DNA from: Corallochytrium limacisporum Hawaii
Lineage: Eukaryota > Protista > Pluriformea
NCBI GenBank assembly: GCA_002811645.1
Contig: PDIP01000011.1
Span: 128,435 to 192,434 of the forward strand
DNA length: 64,000 nucleotides
Reading direction: 5' to 3'
The notes beneath the pieces were generated by a model that was given only the letters and a program-made list of their open reading frames with translations, was not told the DNA's origin and did not search any database. The number at the start of each line of letters is the position of its first letter. Within the stretch, counting starts at the first letter, position 1. Below are positions 1 through 10,542 of the stretch, piece after piece. Both the position numbers and the translations under genes were made by a program.

Positions 1-10
1 TCTTCGGCGC

Positions 11-2032
11 ATGAACCTAGAGAACCTGCCGGGCTGGCTGAAGCACTTCCGCAATCTCAAACACTTAAATCTCGCCAGTAATCGGTTCCGGTCCATTCCT
101 GAGGTACTGTTATGTGGGGTAAAGAATCATTATCATCAGGATCAACTTCTCGATCAGGATGGTAAAGCTCCGAAGTCCTGCGGCTGTCGCCTGGGATTTT
201 CCCTAGAGGACCTGATTCTGAGCCACAACCAGATGCGCGAATTGGTCACTGCCAACGAGGACCTTGGTGTCGCCCTACCCAATCTGAAACTTCTCCGCCT
301 GGACGGCAACCGCCTGACTTCCCTGCCAGATAGTCTTGGTAATCTGACGCAGCTCGAGACGCTCGTTTGTGGCTCCATCTACGGCGGCAACCGCATCACT
401 GTTCTGCCCCACACGGTGGGCCAGTGTGATCAACTACGTGAGCTTGACGTCCGACGCAACGAGCTTGTGTCCCTGCCGAAAACCATGGGTGAGCTGGTCA
501 GCCTCCACACTCTAAACGTGAGCCGGAACAATCTCGAGAACGTGGCGGATGTGGATTTCCGGGGAATGACCTCGCTCCTGACTGTCGACCTGAGCCACAA
601 CCGCTTGCGTCGCATTCCGGAGACAATCGCCGACAATCCCACACTCCGTCTTCTTGATGTGAGCAACAATGCCATTGACTACCTTCCCACCGGCTTCCAC
701 GAGCGCGTCAACCCACAGGCCACCGTGCTCATGCAGAATAACCCCTTGATGGAGGACGTCATTGTCATCAATAATCCTGCGGACAACCGTCTGCGAAGGG
801 AACGCAGCACTGGTAAGGAAGGTGACCGTGTGCCAACCCTGATGCAACTGTGTTACCAACAGATTGCCAAGCGCGTGGAAGAGGAGCAGCAAGAATTGGT
901 GCGCAATGCCGCGCAGAAGCGCCGGAGCAGTTGTGCTGCCCCCACTGCTGGTCCCTCGACCCTGGCTTCCGGCGTGACCACTACACACTACACTCTGAGC
1001 AAGCGACCGTCCCTGAGACAGCGCACAAAGTCGGAGAGTACGACGGCGTCCATGTCATTTGCTCGCTCCGGTCTTGTCAAGCAACGATCGATTGTGTTGT
1101 CCGTGGGTCACCGCCAGCATCGGAATTCAGAATCCTCGTACCCGATCATGGAGACAACCACCCCGCGCCCGGGCATGCCTCTGCAACGCCAGCGTGCAGT
1201 GCGTGGTTCCTTCGCCAGGCACCCGACCCGCCCATCAACCGGGTCTGATGTCAACGATACCCGCATCTCTCTCGCTGATGTGCACGAGCACATTGCGGCC
1301 ATTGCCGCTCTCGCGGCGGAGACGAACGGAGACATTGACGAAATGGACGACACGGATGCTGGCCTGAGCTTTATTGGTGAATCCAGTCCGTCAGAGGACG
1401 ACGACGACCAGGCGAGTGCAGAAGGTTCTGAAATTCCTCGCGATGAGACGCTGGAAGATATTGAACAGCTTGACATTGCTCTGTTCGAGGATCACGATGC
1501 AGTGAGATGTGTCGTTGATCACAAGCGCAAGAACGGCAGAAACCAGGACAAGCAGGACGACCAATTTTTGGGCATCCCGCGCAAGGCAGACCGTGATGAG
1601 TGCCTCAGCGAATCACTCGCTTCGCTGCCCCTTGAACTCCAGAAGGACCTCAAGGATCGCTACCGTACCTGCATGACCTGCAAGACGAAATTCTACCACC
1701 AAGGCCTGACCTCGGTGCGGCTTCTGTCCATTCTGGGCCACCGGCGGATTGCTACCCTGTCCACATTCTGTTCTATCAAGTGCCGCGACGCGAACCAGAA
1801 TCGGAGCCCGTACATCAGCGCTGAGGATCTTTCCCCTGGACAGCAATCTATGCCCAACCTGTCCGAAGAAGGCTTCTCAGTCATGACGCCACGCCGCCGC
1901 CGGTTCAGCGTCAGGCCTCTACCGTATACAGCGGCTGCAGCGGCTGCAGCTGTGAACCGCCAATTCCGTCGCGTGGGAGGCACGGACGATTCCGGTGCAG
2001 TGGCCACCGAACGTCCAAACCTGCGCTGGTAG
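11..2032 (+). CDS. Leucine-rich repeat protein with BC-box-like motif and C-terminal Cys cluster (LRRC58/LRRC28-like); probably 5'-truncated by the window edge
   Basis: Repeated LxxLxLxxNxLxxLP units; VPTLMQLC (BC-box-like), LPLELQKDL, CMTC...FCSIKC; frame is open upstream of base 11. Confidence 0.8.
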   Translation: MNLENLPGWLKHFRNLKHLNLASNRFRSIPEVLLCGVKNHYHQDQLLDQDGKAPKSCGCRLGFSLEDLILSHNQMRELVTANEDLGVALPNLKLLRLDGNRLTSLPDSLGNLTQLETLVCGSIYGGNRITVLPHTVGQCDQLRELDVRRNELVSLPKTMGELVSLHTLNVSRNNLENVADVDFRGMTSLLTVDLSHNRLRRIPETIADNPTLRLLDVSNNAIDYLPTGFHERVNPQATVLMQNNPLMEDVIVINNPADNRLRRERSTGKEGDRVPTLMQLCYQQIAKRVEEEQQELVRNAAQKRRSSCAAPTAGPSTLASGVTTTHYTLSKRPSLRQRTKSESTTASMSFARSGLVKQRSIVLSVGHRQHRNSESSYPIMETTTPRPGMPLQRQRAVRGSFARHPTRPSTGSDVNDTRISLADVHEHIAAIAALAAETNGDIDEMDDTDAGLSFIGESSPSEDDDDQASAEGSEIPRDETLEDIEQLDIALFEDHDAVRCVVDHKRKNGRNQDKQDDQFLGIPRKADRDECLSESLASLPLELQKDLKDRYRTCMTCKTKFYHQGLTSVRLLSILGHRRIATLSTFCSIKCRDANQNRSPYISAEDLSPGQQSMPNLSEEGFSVMTPRRRRFSVRPLPYTAAAAAAAVNRQFRRVGGTDDSGAVATERPNLRW

Positions 2033-2537
2033 GAGGATCACATGTTTTCGGACACCAACTTTAGTTTTCTCAAATCATTCTCATCACTCTGGGGACTGTT
2101 TCATGGTACATCAAACATCAGACGTCATATTTCGCATTGTAGACCAATGTAGCTCTCCGTACATCAGTTTCACATTGTAGATCAATGTAAACCACACGCC
2201 ATGATCCAAACACCCCATGTACGTACTAGCTGTTTGCTTTTTTTTTCGTTTTTTTTTTCGTGTTCCATCTTGAACATCCATACATAATACATTTCATTTT
2301 GTTTCCAGTAACATATCAAAGTCATGCCGTCGCATCCGAATTTACTTCTGCCGTCAGTGTTTTTGTGTACAACGTGTCATACTATAGGGTGCTCTAATGC
2401 GCTCTCTTTTGTTTGGTTTTTAAAATAGTGAAGAAAAGATGATGTTCTTGAGTGGTTCGATTAGGACTATTCCCTGAGGAGGTCGTGGTCACGTTGAACA
2501 AGTGTGCTGCGTAAAACAAATTGTCTCAATGTGAGTC

Positions 2538-3200
2538 CTACATTCCCCAGGAGCCCGGATCCTCCTTCCAGGTACCCTTCGACATGGTCAAAAAGTTGTT
2601 CAGGAGCTGCTTGCCGTCATCCGATTTGATCGATTCCGGATGGAATTGCACGCCCTCCATGACATATTCTTTGTGCCGAACGCCCATGATGATGCCGGAT
2701 TCCGCAGTGTGGCTTGTCTCGATCAGGTGATCCGTTGGGGTGGTGCCCTTCATGCCAGCCAGAGAGTGATATCGAATCATAGTTGTGTTTTGCGGTAGAT
2801 TAACGTACACACCCTTACCGTCGTGCACAATCTCCGAGGTCATACCGTGTTTGATTTCACCACATCTGCCGACTGTACCCCCGTACTCCTCGAACATAAT
2901 CTGTTCGCCGAGACAGACGCCAAGAATAGGAATCTTGCCCGCAAAGGCGTGCATTATCGGGGCGCATTGACCGCCGGCCTTTGGACTCCCTGGTCCTGGG
3001 GACAAGACGAGATGCGTCGGGTTCATGGCAATCGCCATTTGGACGTCAATCTTGTCATTCCGGTGGACAGTCACGTGGGCTCCTAGTTCACTCAAGTACT
3101 GATACAGATTCCAAGTAAAGGAGTCGTAGTTATCGACCATCAGCACCCGCACAGAGTGGGCGGTGCCGTTTGCATTGGTATCGGTATTGTTGCCAGTCAT
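2538..3200 (-). CDS. trpG: Anthranilate synthase component II (class I glutamine amidotransferase), stand-alone
   Basis: VDNYDSFTWNL, SPGPG, GVCLG, RYHSL and QFHPES motifs; first ATG at 3200 (accATG); the ORF track start at 3242 is a TTG. Confidence 0.93.
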   Translation of the reverse strand: MTGNNTDTNANGTAHSVRVLMVDNYDSFTWNLYQYLSELGAHVTVHRNDKIDVQMAIAMNPTHLVLSPGPGSPKAGGQCAPIMHAFAGKIPILGVCLGEQIMFEEYGGTVGRCGEIKHGMTSEIVHDGKGVYVNLPQNTTMIRYHSLAGMKGTTPTDHLIETSHTAESGIIMGVRHKEYVMEGVQFHPESIKSDDGKQLLNNFLTMSKGTWKEDPGSWGM

Positions 3201-3306
3201 GGTTCTTGTGACAATCAAGACCTTACTTTCGTTTCCGTCCAATTCGTTGTTCTTTCTGATCCTTTAGGTTACGGTTCCCGATGCTCAACTATCTGTTCAA
3301 TCCGTT

Positions 3307-4914
3307 TCAAATTTTCTGGCGCTTGTTTGCGTTCTGCGTGCTTTCGCTTTTAACTTTCTCTTCGTGGCTTAGTTGGTTTCCCATACCCTCGGCCTGGCGG
3401 TGGAAGGCAAAGCGCTCCTCAGCGCGACGCACAGTGGCAATGTTAGAGTTGAGTTTGTTGATGGTTTCCTGGTACTCATTCTCCGGTGTGGAATCGTAGA
3501 CAATGCCACCACCGGCCTGCAGGAAGATGATGCCGTTGCGATACCACATGGTGCGCAGAGCAATGCACGTGTCCAGGTCTCCGTTGTAGGCAAAGTAGCC
3601 AGCGGCACCGGCGTACACACCTCGTGTCTGTCCCTCCAATTCTGAGACAATCTCAATGGCGCGGATCTTGGGGGCGCCGCTCACCGTACCAGCAGGCATG
3701 ATGGACCGGAAGGCGTCAAAGCTGGTCATGCCCTTGCGGAGCTTACCCTTCACAACGCTGACAATGTGCATCACATGGCTAAACTTTTGGATGGTCATCA
3801 AGCGTTCGACGTAGTTACTCGACGGTTCGCAGATGCGATTAACATCGTTGCGGCCGAGATCAACCAACATGATGTGTTCGGCACGTTCTTTGGGGTCGCC
3901 GAGTAGGGCATCTGCATTGGCCTGGTCCTCTTGGGGTGTCTTCCCGCGCTTGGCGGTACCGGCGATTGGATGGGTTTCCACTACGCCGTCAATCACTTTC
4001 ACCAAGGCTTCAGGAGATGCACCAATGATCTGGTAGTCATGGCCGTCAATGTAGAACATGTACGGACTCGGATTCACGGTGCGCAGCTCGCGGTAGAGAT
4101 TGAAAGGATGGACAGGGGTCTTCTTCTCTACACGGCGCGCGGGTACGCACTGGATGATATCACCGTTGATAATGTACTCCTTGGCCTTTCGCACGTGAGC
4201 CTTGAAAGTCTCGGCTGCCTCGTCCGTATCACCCAATGGGCGTCCGTCGTTGGTGCCGTTGGTTGTCGCGGCAATGTCGTGGTACGGGGGCAAGGTCAGC
4301 CCAGGCTTCTCAAGCGTGTCCGCAACCTGGCGAATGTTGCGGCAGGCCTCACGGTAGGCATCGACGATCTGCTGGTCGTCAATATCTTCAGGCTGCACGC
4401 CCTTATCGAAACGGACGTGGCTGACAATCTTCAGAGTGCGGTAGACGTGGTCAAAGACCACGATGGTGTCGCAGAACATATGCATGGACTCGGGCATGCC
4501 GGTGTTATCGACCAGGTCACAGGCTACACGCGGTTCAAAGTACTTGATGCAGTCGTAGGCGATAAAGCCGATGGCGCCGCCGGTGAACGACGGAAGTCCT
4601 TTGATGGGTACGTACTTGATGCCTCTCATTTCTTCTTCAATCGGCACCAGGGGATCACCCTTGATTGCCTCCCTGGGACCGGTGCTGATGATCTTGTACG
4701 GGTTCGTGCCCAGGAAACTGTACCTTGCAATTTTGAGATCGGCCTCAACACTTTCAAGCAGGAAGCTGTGCTTCTGGCCCTCCTTGAGCTTAAGGTATGC
4801 AGATACGGGTGTCAGGAGGTCGCCCATCTCTTCCACAAAGATGGGGATCACGTTGCCTCCCTCACGGACGTGCTTGCGGACCTCACTCAACGATGGTGAA
4901 ATCTCTCCGTGCAT
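3307..4914 (-). CDS. trpE: Anthranilate synthase component I
   Basis: SFLLES and NPSPYM (Trp feedback motifs), PIAGT, KERAEHIMLVDLGRND, PAGTVSGAPK, AGGGIV; fungal Trp2-like N-terminus. Confidence 0.96.
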   Translation of the reverse strand: MHGEISPSLSEVRKHVREGGNVIPIFVEEMGDLLTPVSAYLKLKEGQKHSFLLESVEADLKIARYSFLGTNPYKIISTGPREAIKGDPLVPIEEEMRGIKYVPIKGLPSFTGGAIGFIAYDCIKYFEPRVACDLVDNTGMPESMHMFCDTIVVFDHVYRTLKIVSHVRFDKGVQPEDIDDQQIVDAYREACRNIRQVADTLEKPGLTLPPYHDIAATTNGTNDGRPLGDTDEAAETFKAHVRKAKEYIINGDIIQCVPARRVEKKTPVHPFNLYRELRTVNPSPYMFYIDGHDYQIIGASPEALVKVIDGVVETHPIAGTAKRGKTPQEDQANADALLGDPKERAEHIMLVDLGRNDVNRICEPSSNYVERLMTIQKFSHVMHIVSVVKGKLRKGMTSFDAFRSIMPAGTVSGAPKIRAIEIVSELEGQTRGVYAGAAGYFAYNGDLDTCIALRTMWYRNGIIFLQAGGGIVYDSTPENEYQETINKLNSNIATVRRAEERFAFHRQAEGMGNQLSHEEKVKSESTQNANKRQKI

Positions 4915-4926
4915 GATTGACTTAAC

Positions 4927-5607
4927 TTACGCACTCGCTGCGATCGGTACTGTATGCTGCATGGTCATTGTGGTTCCCGCAAAGGAACGAGACAAAGGCT
5001 CGACCTGTCTCCCGTGATGATTATGAAGGTGGTGGTGGTGGTGCTGCTGCTGCTGCTGCTGCTTCTGTTGTTGTTGCGTACGGCGCTTTCGCATGACCTT
5101 GCCTGCCTTACGACGCTGACGTCGGGCCTCGATAAAGGCGCTCGCGAGACGGATCAGAACGGCGAAGCGTTCCGGCAAGTGCTGGGCAGAGGTAGTCGTT
5201 GTAGTGCTCTGGTGCAGAACCTGATTGATGGCGGTCTCTCTGCCACTGTCGGTGGCGTTGAAGGTACCGGAGGTTTGCTGCTGCTGCCGTTGCTTGATGT
5301 GAATTGGTGCAGAGGTCACCTTTTGCTTCGGCTGCTGCTGCTTTTCTAGCTTCGGGGCCATGCGGGGTAGCCAGCGCACAAATGATTCCAGCGCGCCGAC
5401 ACTGGCAGCGTAACATTCGTACCGATTGACGTGGGAAAATGCGGTCATCTTCAGCTGTTCCGCACCGTTGATATCTTCAGTTCCGTCGTTCTCTGCCTGC
5501 TGCTGGTCAGTGACCAGAGGAGGGAAGGTCTGCTCGTTAATGACCACTCCTGTTGTCTTCGGCTTGGTATTCCGCCTGGGTCCACGGCGAGTCTTTTTCT
5601 TGTTCAT
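4927..5607 (-). CDS. Hypothetical basic, Gln/His-rich protein (226 aa)
   Basis: ccaccATG start at 5607; long ORF with basic N-terminus and polyQ/polyH; no recognisable domain; stop lies 12 nt before the trpE ATG. Confidence 0.5.
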   Translation of the reverse strand: MNKKKTRRGPRRNTKPKTTGVVINEQTFPPLVTDQQQAENDGTEDINGAEQLKMTAFSHVNRYECYAASVGALESFVRWLPRMAPKLEKQQQPKQKVTSAPIHIKQRQQQQTSGTFNATDSGRETAINQVLHQSTTTTTSAQHLPERFAVLIRLASAFIEARRQRRKAGKVMRKRRTQQQQKQQQQQQHHHHHLHNHHGRQVEPLSRSFAGTTMTMQHTVPIAASA

Positions 5608-8171
5608 GGTGGAATGCAAGGACTGATTAAAGCTGTTGCACGGGTTCTCAACGGCCGTAAAGCCGGAGATTGCATCCGCACAGCAGTCGGGCACATCACT
5701 GGTGGTCCTTGCGACGGTTTGCATCTGTTCAGGCACTGTTGCCTGCAGATCAAACCGTGCGTGCCCACTGGTCCCGTACCGGGACCAGCGCAAAAGGATT
5801 CTATCCCTCACGGTTAAAGGTTATTCAGTTCGATTATACGCGAAATTGCAAAACTTCTTCTTTTCTTCACTTGTGGGTGCGATCGCATTTGATCTGTCGA
5901 CCTGCTCTCTGTATCAAATACGTTCGACGGTGGGCGGGTCACATACTCATGTACATATCATAACACGTGCATTCCTTTCTCTGGCTCCACGCATCGGTCC
6001 TCTTATCTCGCCGTCCCGTGTATTCTCTGCTGTCCGTGCTATCGTCACCATTCGGACAGGGCCCTTCTGGTGTTGCCCCCACCACCACCCATTTGCACCA
6101 ACACACACAATCGTCACCCCCCCTTTCTCCCAGCCCTGCTCCTGGTCTCTCCCTCTGCCCTTTCCTCCTCGGGCCCGGGCCCGGGGAGAATTCTCCGACC
6201 TCTCGTTCATCGGAGGCGAAGGAAGGCAAAAAAGACAACCCTCCCCTTCCCTGCCCCCTTCCCCGGAGCCTTGCTCCCCCGAGGAGAAATCCGGGCGGTC
6301 TCGGAGTCTTCGGTGTGTGAAGGAAGAAGAAAAGCCGGGCACCACCGTGCGCCCAAACTTTATTTCCCTTTTATTTATGGCTTGTTTTCCTCCTCGCTCC
6401 CATGCACTGCCCATTTTGTTTTCTTCTTAATTTTTTTTTTTTGGGTTTCGTAACTCATCGCCTAAATGACAAAGCGGAGCCAACAGAATGATGGTGGTTT
6501 CTTCGTGGGCCCATGCTTTGCGAACCTCTCGCTCTCTCTGTGTAACACAGACCATTCGGAAGGAAGACTGAGTAAGAGCGCGCCTCGGGAAATCTTCACA
6601 CCCTTGCTCTCTACTCGCAACAGATGGTCAAGAGACAGCAATTGCTGAAGGTTGCTGACCTGACAAACTTTGGTGGCACTCGAACAACTAGACCAGACCG
6701 TTATACGTTCCGCTGACCCATAAACGACAAACAATGGCAACAGCAATCAATTCCAAATCTCAGTGTGGGGGTATTATGAGCGTGTGTAGTTTTGGCGCTC
6801 GGTGCTGCCATGTTCTGACCGTGCATCATGTTGTCTGTACCCTACATGTCGATATCGCAGACCCTTTCATTCACGGTGCATGATCATGCACAATCATGGT
6901 GAAGCCAAATGACGTGGATTAACGACGAACATTAGTATGGCATCACAGTGATGGAAGAATCCAAATGGCTGGCCTGACTCGCGTATTGGAGACCCCGGGG
7001 AGTGCCATTCGCTCCCGGCGTTGTGGATCTCCATAGAGCCAGGCCGAGCATCCCCTCGTGTGCCGCTCTGTGGCTGCCACCGTGCTCCATCTTTCCCTGT
7101 GGGCAACAGTCCGGTACATTCACTATAAAACAGCCACCCCGGCAGCACCGAACACTACCCGCCATTGTTAAGCGCAGTGGGAAAACAAAAGTATAAAATG
7201 GGGGTTTGCGAGAAAGCGCTAGCCCCCCCCCCCCAGGGGGGGGTGGAGGGTCAGCAAAAACAAGTGGTACAGACGTGCACCCATACGCAACACGCCCGGT
7301 GAGTACTGCGCCTACGGAGGAGGGAGGCGGGTGGTGGGGCAGTTGGGAGTAGCCAGATTTACCTATTCTCCCTTTTTCTTATTCTTTTTGTTTCTTCTGT
7401 TTCCTTGGGTTTCCCGGTTTCTGTCTTTTCCTTTCCTTTTCGGTTTTTCCTTGCGGATTTCTCTCTGTAACCAAAACTGGAGCATCTCACATCGCAGGAC
7501 GAGGGGCAGCTTTGGGTACGGAGGAACCGATCACTGTGTGCCGGCCAGCCCACTAAACAAAACTAAACTAAAGTTCGATTGAATCGGTACGGTTTGAGCA
7601 GGCCATCCCCCGTGCGGCGGCCGGTTGGGTTCTTTTTGTTGTAGTACTTGACTCGCGCGTCCTCTGGCGTACAGGGCCCAGTAGTACCGTACGCACGGAT
7701 TGGGCTTGGAGGCCCAATTTGCCCCAGCCCCCCTCAGGGTCCGCAGGGCCCAGTTCTTCTGCGGTACACCCACCCCGTGGGCGAGTATTGGCAGCTGGCC
7801 CCGGGAGCTAGGACGGAGGGCGGAGCGTTGGATGGAAACTGCCCTTGCGGGAAGCGGGGCGCAGTACGTCGTGCGTTGTGTTGTTTCCATCGCTGAGAAC
7901 TTCTGGTTTACTGCGTTGGCCCGTGGACCTGGTGCGCGAATTCATCACTGCTACTACTAGAAAGCATCAATGGGCTTTTCGAAAGTGGGAACAGTGATCA
8001 TCATGACGGTGAAGCCATCGGATGCAATAGTAGTCCGTAAAGTTCTGGAATGAATTTGACCCAGGGGTGTGTAAGAATTAGGAAAGTGTAAGCATTGGCT
8101 GGTGAAGACAACTCTTGTTGTTCGCCGAGCACATTAAGAAGTAGAACGGCCGAGACAAACATACTACGCAA

Positions 8172-9638
8172 ATGACGGGTCCAGACGCAGAGGCAAAACG
8201 CCGCAAGGTAGAGAATGGGAATGGATCCGCAGCGGCGGATGTGCTGCCGGAAACCTGGGCTCCTGACTCCTGGAGGGCCAAGGAGGCCAAGCAGCAACCC
8301 GAATACGGCGACCAAAACAAAGTAAAGAAGGTGATCAACAAGATCTCTACGCTGCCCCCGCTGGTTCACCACGGTGAGGTTGATCGATTGAAATCAAATC
8401 TTGCAGCGTGCTCTCGTGGCGAAGCATTCCTGCTCCAGGGCGGTGACTGCGCTGAAGTGTTTGATGACTGCATGCAGGCCCGTGTTGAAGGCAAGCTAAA
8501 GATCCTCCTGCAGATGTCTATGGTACTCATCTATGGATCGCGTCTGCCTGTGGTGCGGGTCGGGCGTTTGGCGGGACAATATGCCAAGCCACGAAGCAGC
8601 CCTACGGAAGTCATCGACGGCAAGACCGTCCCGAGCTACCGCGGAGACCACATTAACGGATACGAACTTGAAGATCGGGACCCAGATCCGAAACGTATGC
8701 TCGAAGCCTACTTCCATTCCTCTGCGACGCTGAACTACATCCGTGCATCTGTGGCTGGTGGCTTTACCGATATTCGTAACGCCGATCACTGGCGTATGTA
8801 CTTCAGCGAGAAGCACGTCGACACGAAGAAGGCCTATGAGGATGTCTCAAGGCGCATTCTTGACGCTTTGGACTTTGTTTCGACCTTTGATGACTCTACC
8901 CACGAGCGCTGGAAAGGAGTGGACTTCTTCACCAGCCACGAGGGTCTGTTGCTGGACTATGAGGAAGCGATGACGCGCAAGATCGAGGATGCTGGTTTCT
9001 ACAATCTGAGCGCTCATTTCCTTTGGATCGGTGATCGCACACGCCAGCTGACGGGAGCACACGTTGAGTATTTCCGTGGAATTCGCAATCCAATCGGTGT
9101 GAAGGTGGGACCGAGCATGAAGAAGCAGGAGTTGATCGATCTCCTGCAGATTGTGAACCCGGATCGGGAGGAGGGCAAAGTGACTCTGATTAGTCGCTAC
9201 GGAGCGGACAAGATTCAGGATTACCTGCCGGATCACATTGCCGCTGTCAAGGAGAGTGGAGTGCCAGTGGTGTGGACCTGCGATCCGATGCACGGCAACA
9301 CAACCAAGACGGCCAACGGATTCAAGACACGGCAATTTGATTCCATTCTGGCTGAGATTTCGTCCGCCTTCCGCATTCACAAGGAGAATAACAGTATGCT
9401 CAACGGTGTGCACTTTGAACTCACAGACGAGTCTGTTACTGAATGCGTTGGTGGTTCTAGTGGTTTGACGGAGAGCGATCTCCAGGTCAACTATGCCACG
9501 CTTTGTGATCCGCGTTTAAACTTTGATCAGAGCATGGATATGGCCTTCCTGATGGCCAAAGTGCTCAGCGACGAACGCAAGGGTGGACTGGAATCTTCGT
9601 CTATTACCTTTCCGAAGGATGCTCAGAAGAAGGCCTAA
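8172..9638 (+). CDS. Class II DAHP synthase
   Basis: LLQGGDCAE, GRLAGQYAKPRS, TSHEGLLLDYE, LWIGDRTRQ, CDPMHGNT, CDPRLN motifs of class II DAHP synthases. Confidence 0.96.
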   Translation: MTGPDAEAKRRKVENGNGSAAADVLPETWAPDSWRAKEAKQQPEYGDQNKVKKVINKISTLPPLVHHGEVDRLKSNLAACSRGEAFLLQGGDCAEVFDDCMQARVEGKLKILLQMSMVLIYGSRLPVVRVGRLAGQYAKPRSSPTEVIDGKTVPSYRGDHINGYELEDRDPDPKRMLEAYFHSSATLNYIRASVAGGFTDIRNADHWRMYFSEKHVDTKKAYEDVSRRILDALDFVSTFDDSTHERWKGVDFFTSHEGLLLDYEEAMTRKIEDAGFYNLSAHFLWIGDRTRQLTGAHVEYFRGIRNPIGVKVGPSMKKQELIDLLQIVNPDREEGKVTLISRYGADKIQDYLPDHIAAVKESGVPVVWTCDPMHGNTTKTANGFKTRQFDSILAEISSAFRIHKENNSMLNGVHFELTDESVTECVGGSSGLTESDLQVNYATLCDPRLNFDQSMDMAFLMAKVLSDERKGGLESSSITFPKDAQKKA

Positions 9639-10542
9639 AGTGATGGATACACAAGCAACACACGACATGGGGCAGTGAAGTCTTCGCGGCAGTTTGTGCG
9701 GTTCCTGCCCCTAGCAATGTACTCAGCAGATCAGTAAACCCATAGTAATGTGTCTTTCTATAGGAATTTTTGCCCACCCTGGTCCCCCAGGGGCGGGGGA
9801 GGGTTTCGAAATCTGACCGGCCCGTATGTTCATGCCCTCCGTTGTTGACATCACACTCCGCTTTCTGCACTTTGGCCCCCAAGAGCAAACTACCATCGTA
9901 AGAGACACTTGGTGCGCCATGGTCCACCCCTGTATGCGGAGGGCATTCGGACATTATACGTTGAACACATGCTCCAACAGCAAAACTAGCAGCAATAACG
10001 ATCATCTCTGAGATGAGAGCGACTACGAACTCAGCCGACGATGCACTCTTAGATGAACTCGGATCGTCCATCGTCATCATGTGTCGTCGGTACGACCCTT
10101 GTATCACAATAATCTTCAAACCGCTCCGTGATTCATTAGGTTTGCGCACACATGTTCTCTCTCTCTCTCGCTCTCTCTCTCCCCGTGTATATGCCTGGGC
10201 CGAGTTGTAGTTCGATATTGCGTGCCAGCAGCCATCATCATCTCCCACACACACTCCTACTCTGTGTGTTTTCTTCGTGACTGCTGCGGTTTGAGTGTGT
10301 CATCCTGCAGGTCCTGTGTGATCTTTCCTCTGTGCGGCGTCAGACGACACAACGGACAGGAAACCGACGTGTGTGTGTGTGTGTGTGTGTGTTCTCCGGA
10401 AGAAGATGATGAGAATTTCAGTTCAATTGCTCCCCGCCAGTATCCTTTCAAATGCTGCTGCCCACCCACCCCGCCTCCTTTACCGGACACTAACAAGGGC
10501 CAGAGAAAGTGTGAGGCAAAGGAAAATAAAAAAACGAAGAAA

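Noticed and set aside
3243-3309. trpE-trpG fusion by readthrough
   Set aside because: A second in-frame TAG follows five codons later and trpG is in another frame
7891-7940. GCTGAGA...CCCGTGGACCTG, TPP-riboswitch-like
   Set aside because: Lacks the P4/P5 and 3' conserved segments
2538-9638. Phenazine-type cluster (phzC/phzE analogy)
   Set aside because: No phzA/B/D/F/G; TrpE and TrpG are unfused and retain feedback motifs
9604-10254. 216-aa minus-strand ORF with one hydrophobic stretch
   Set aside because: Runs through microsatellite and G/C tracts and overlaps the DAHP synthase end; no recognisable domain
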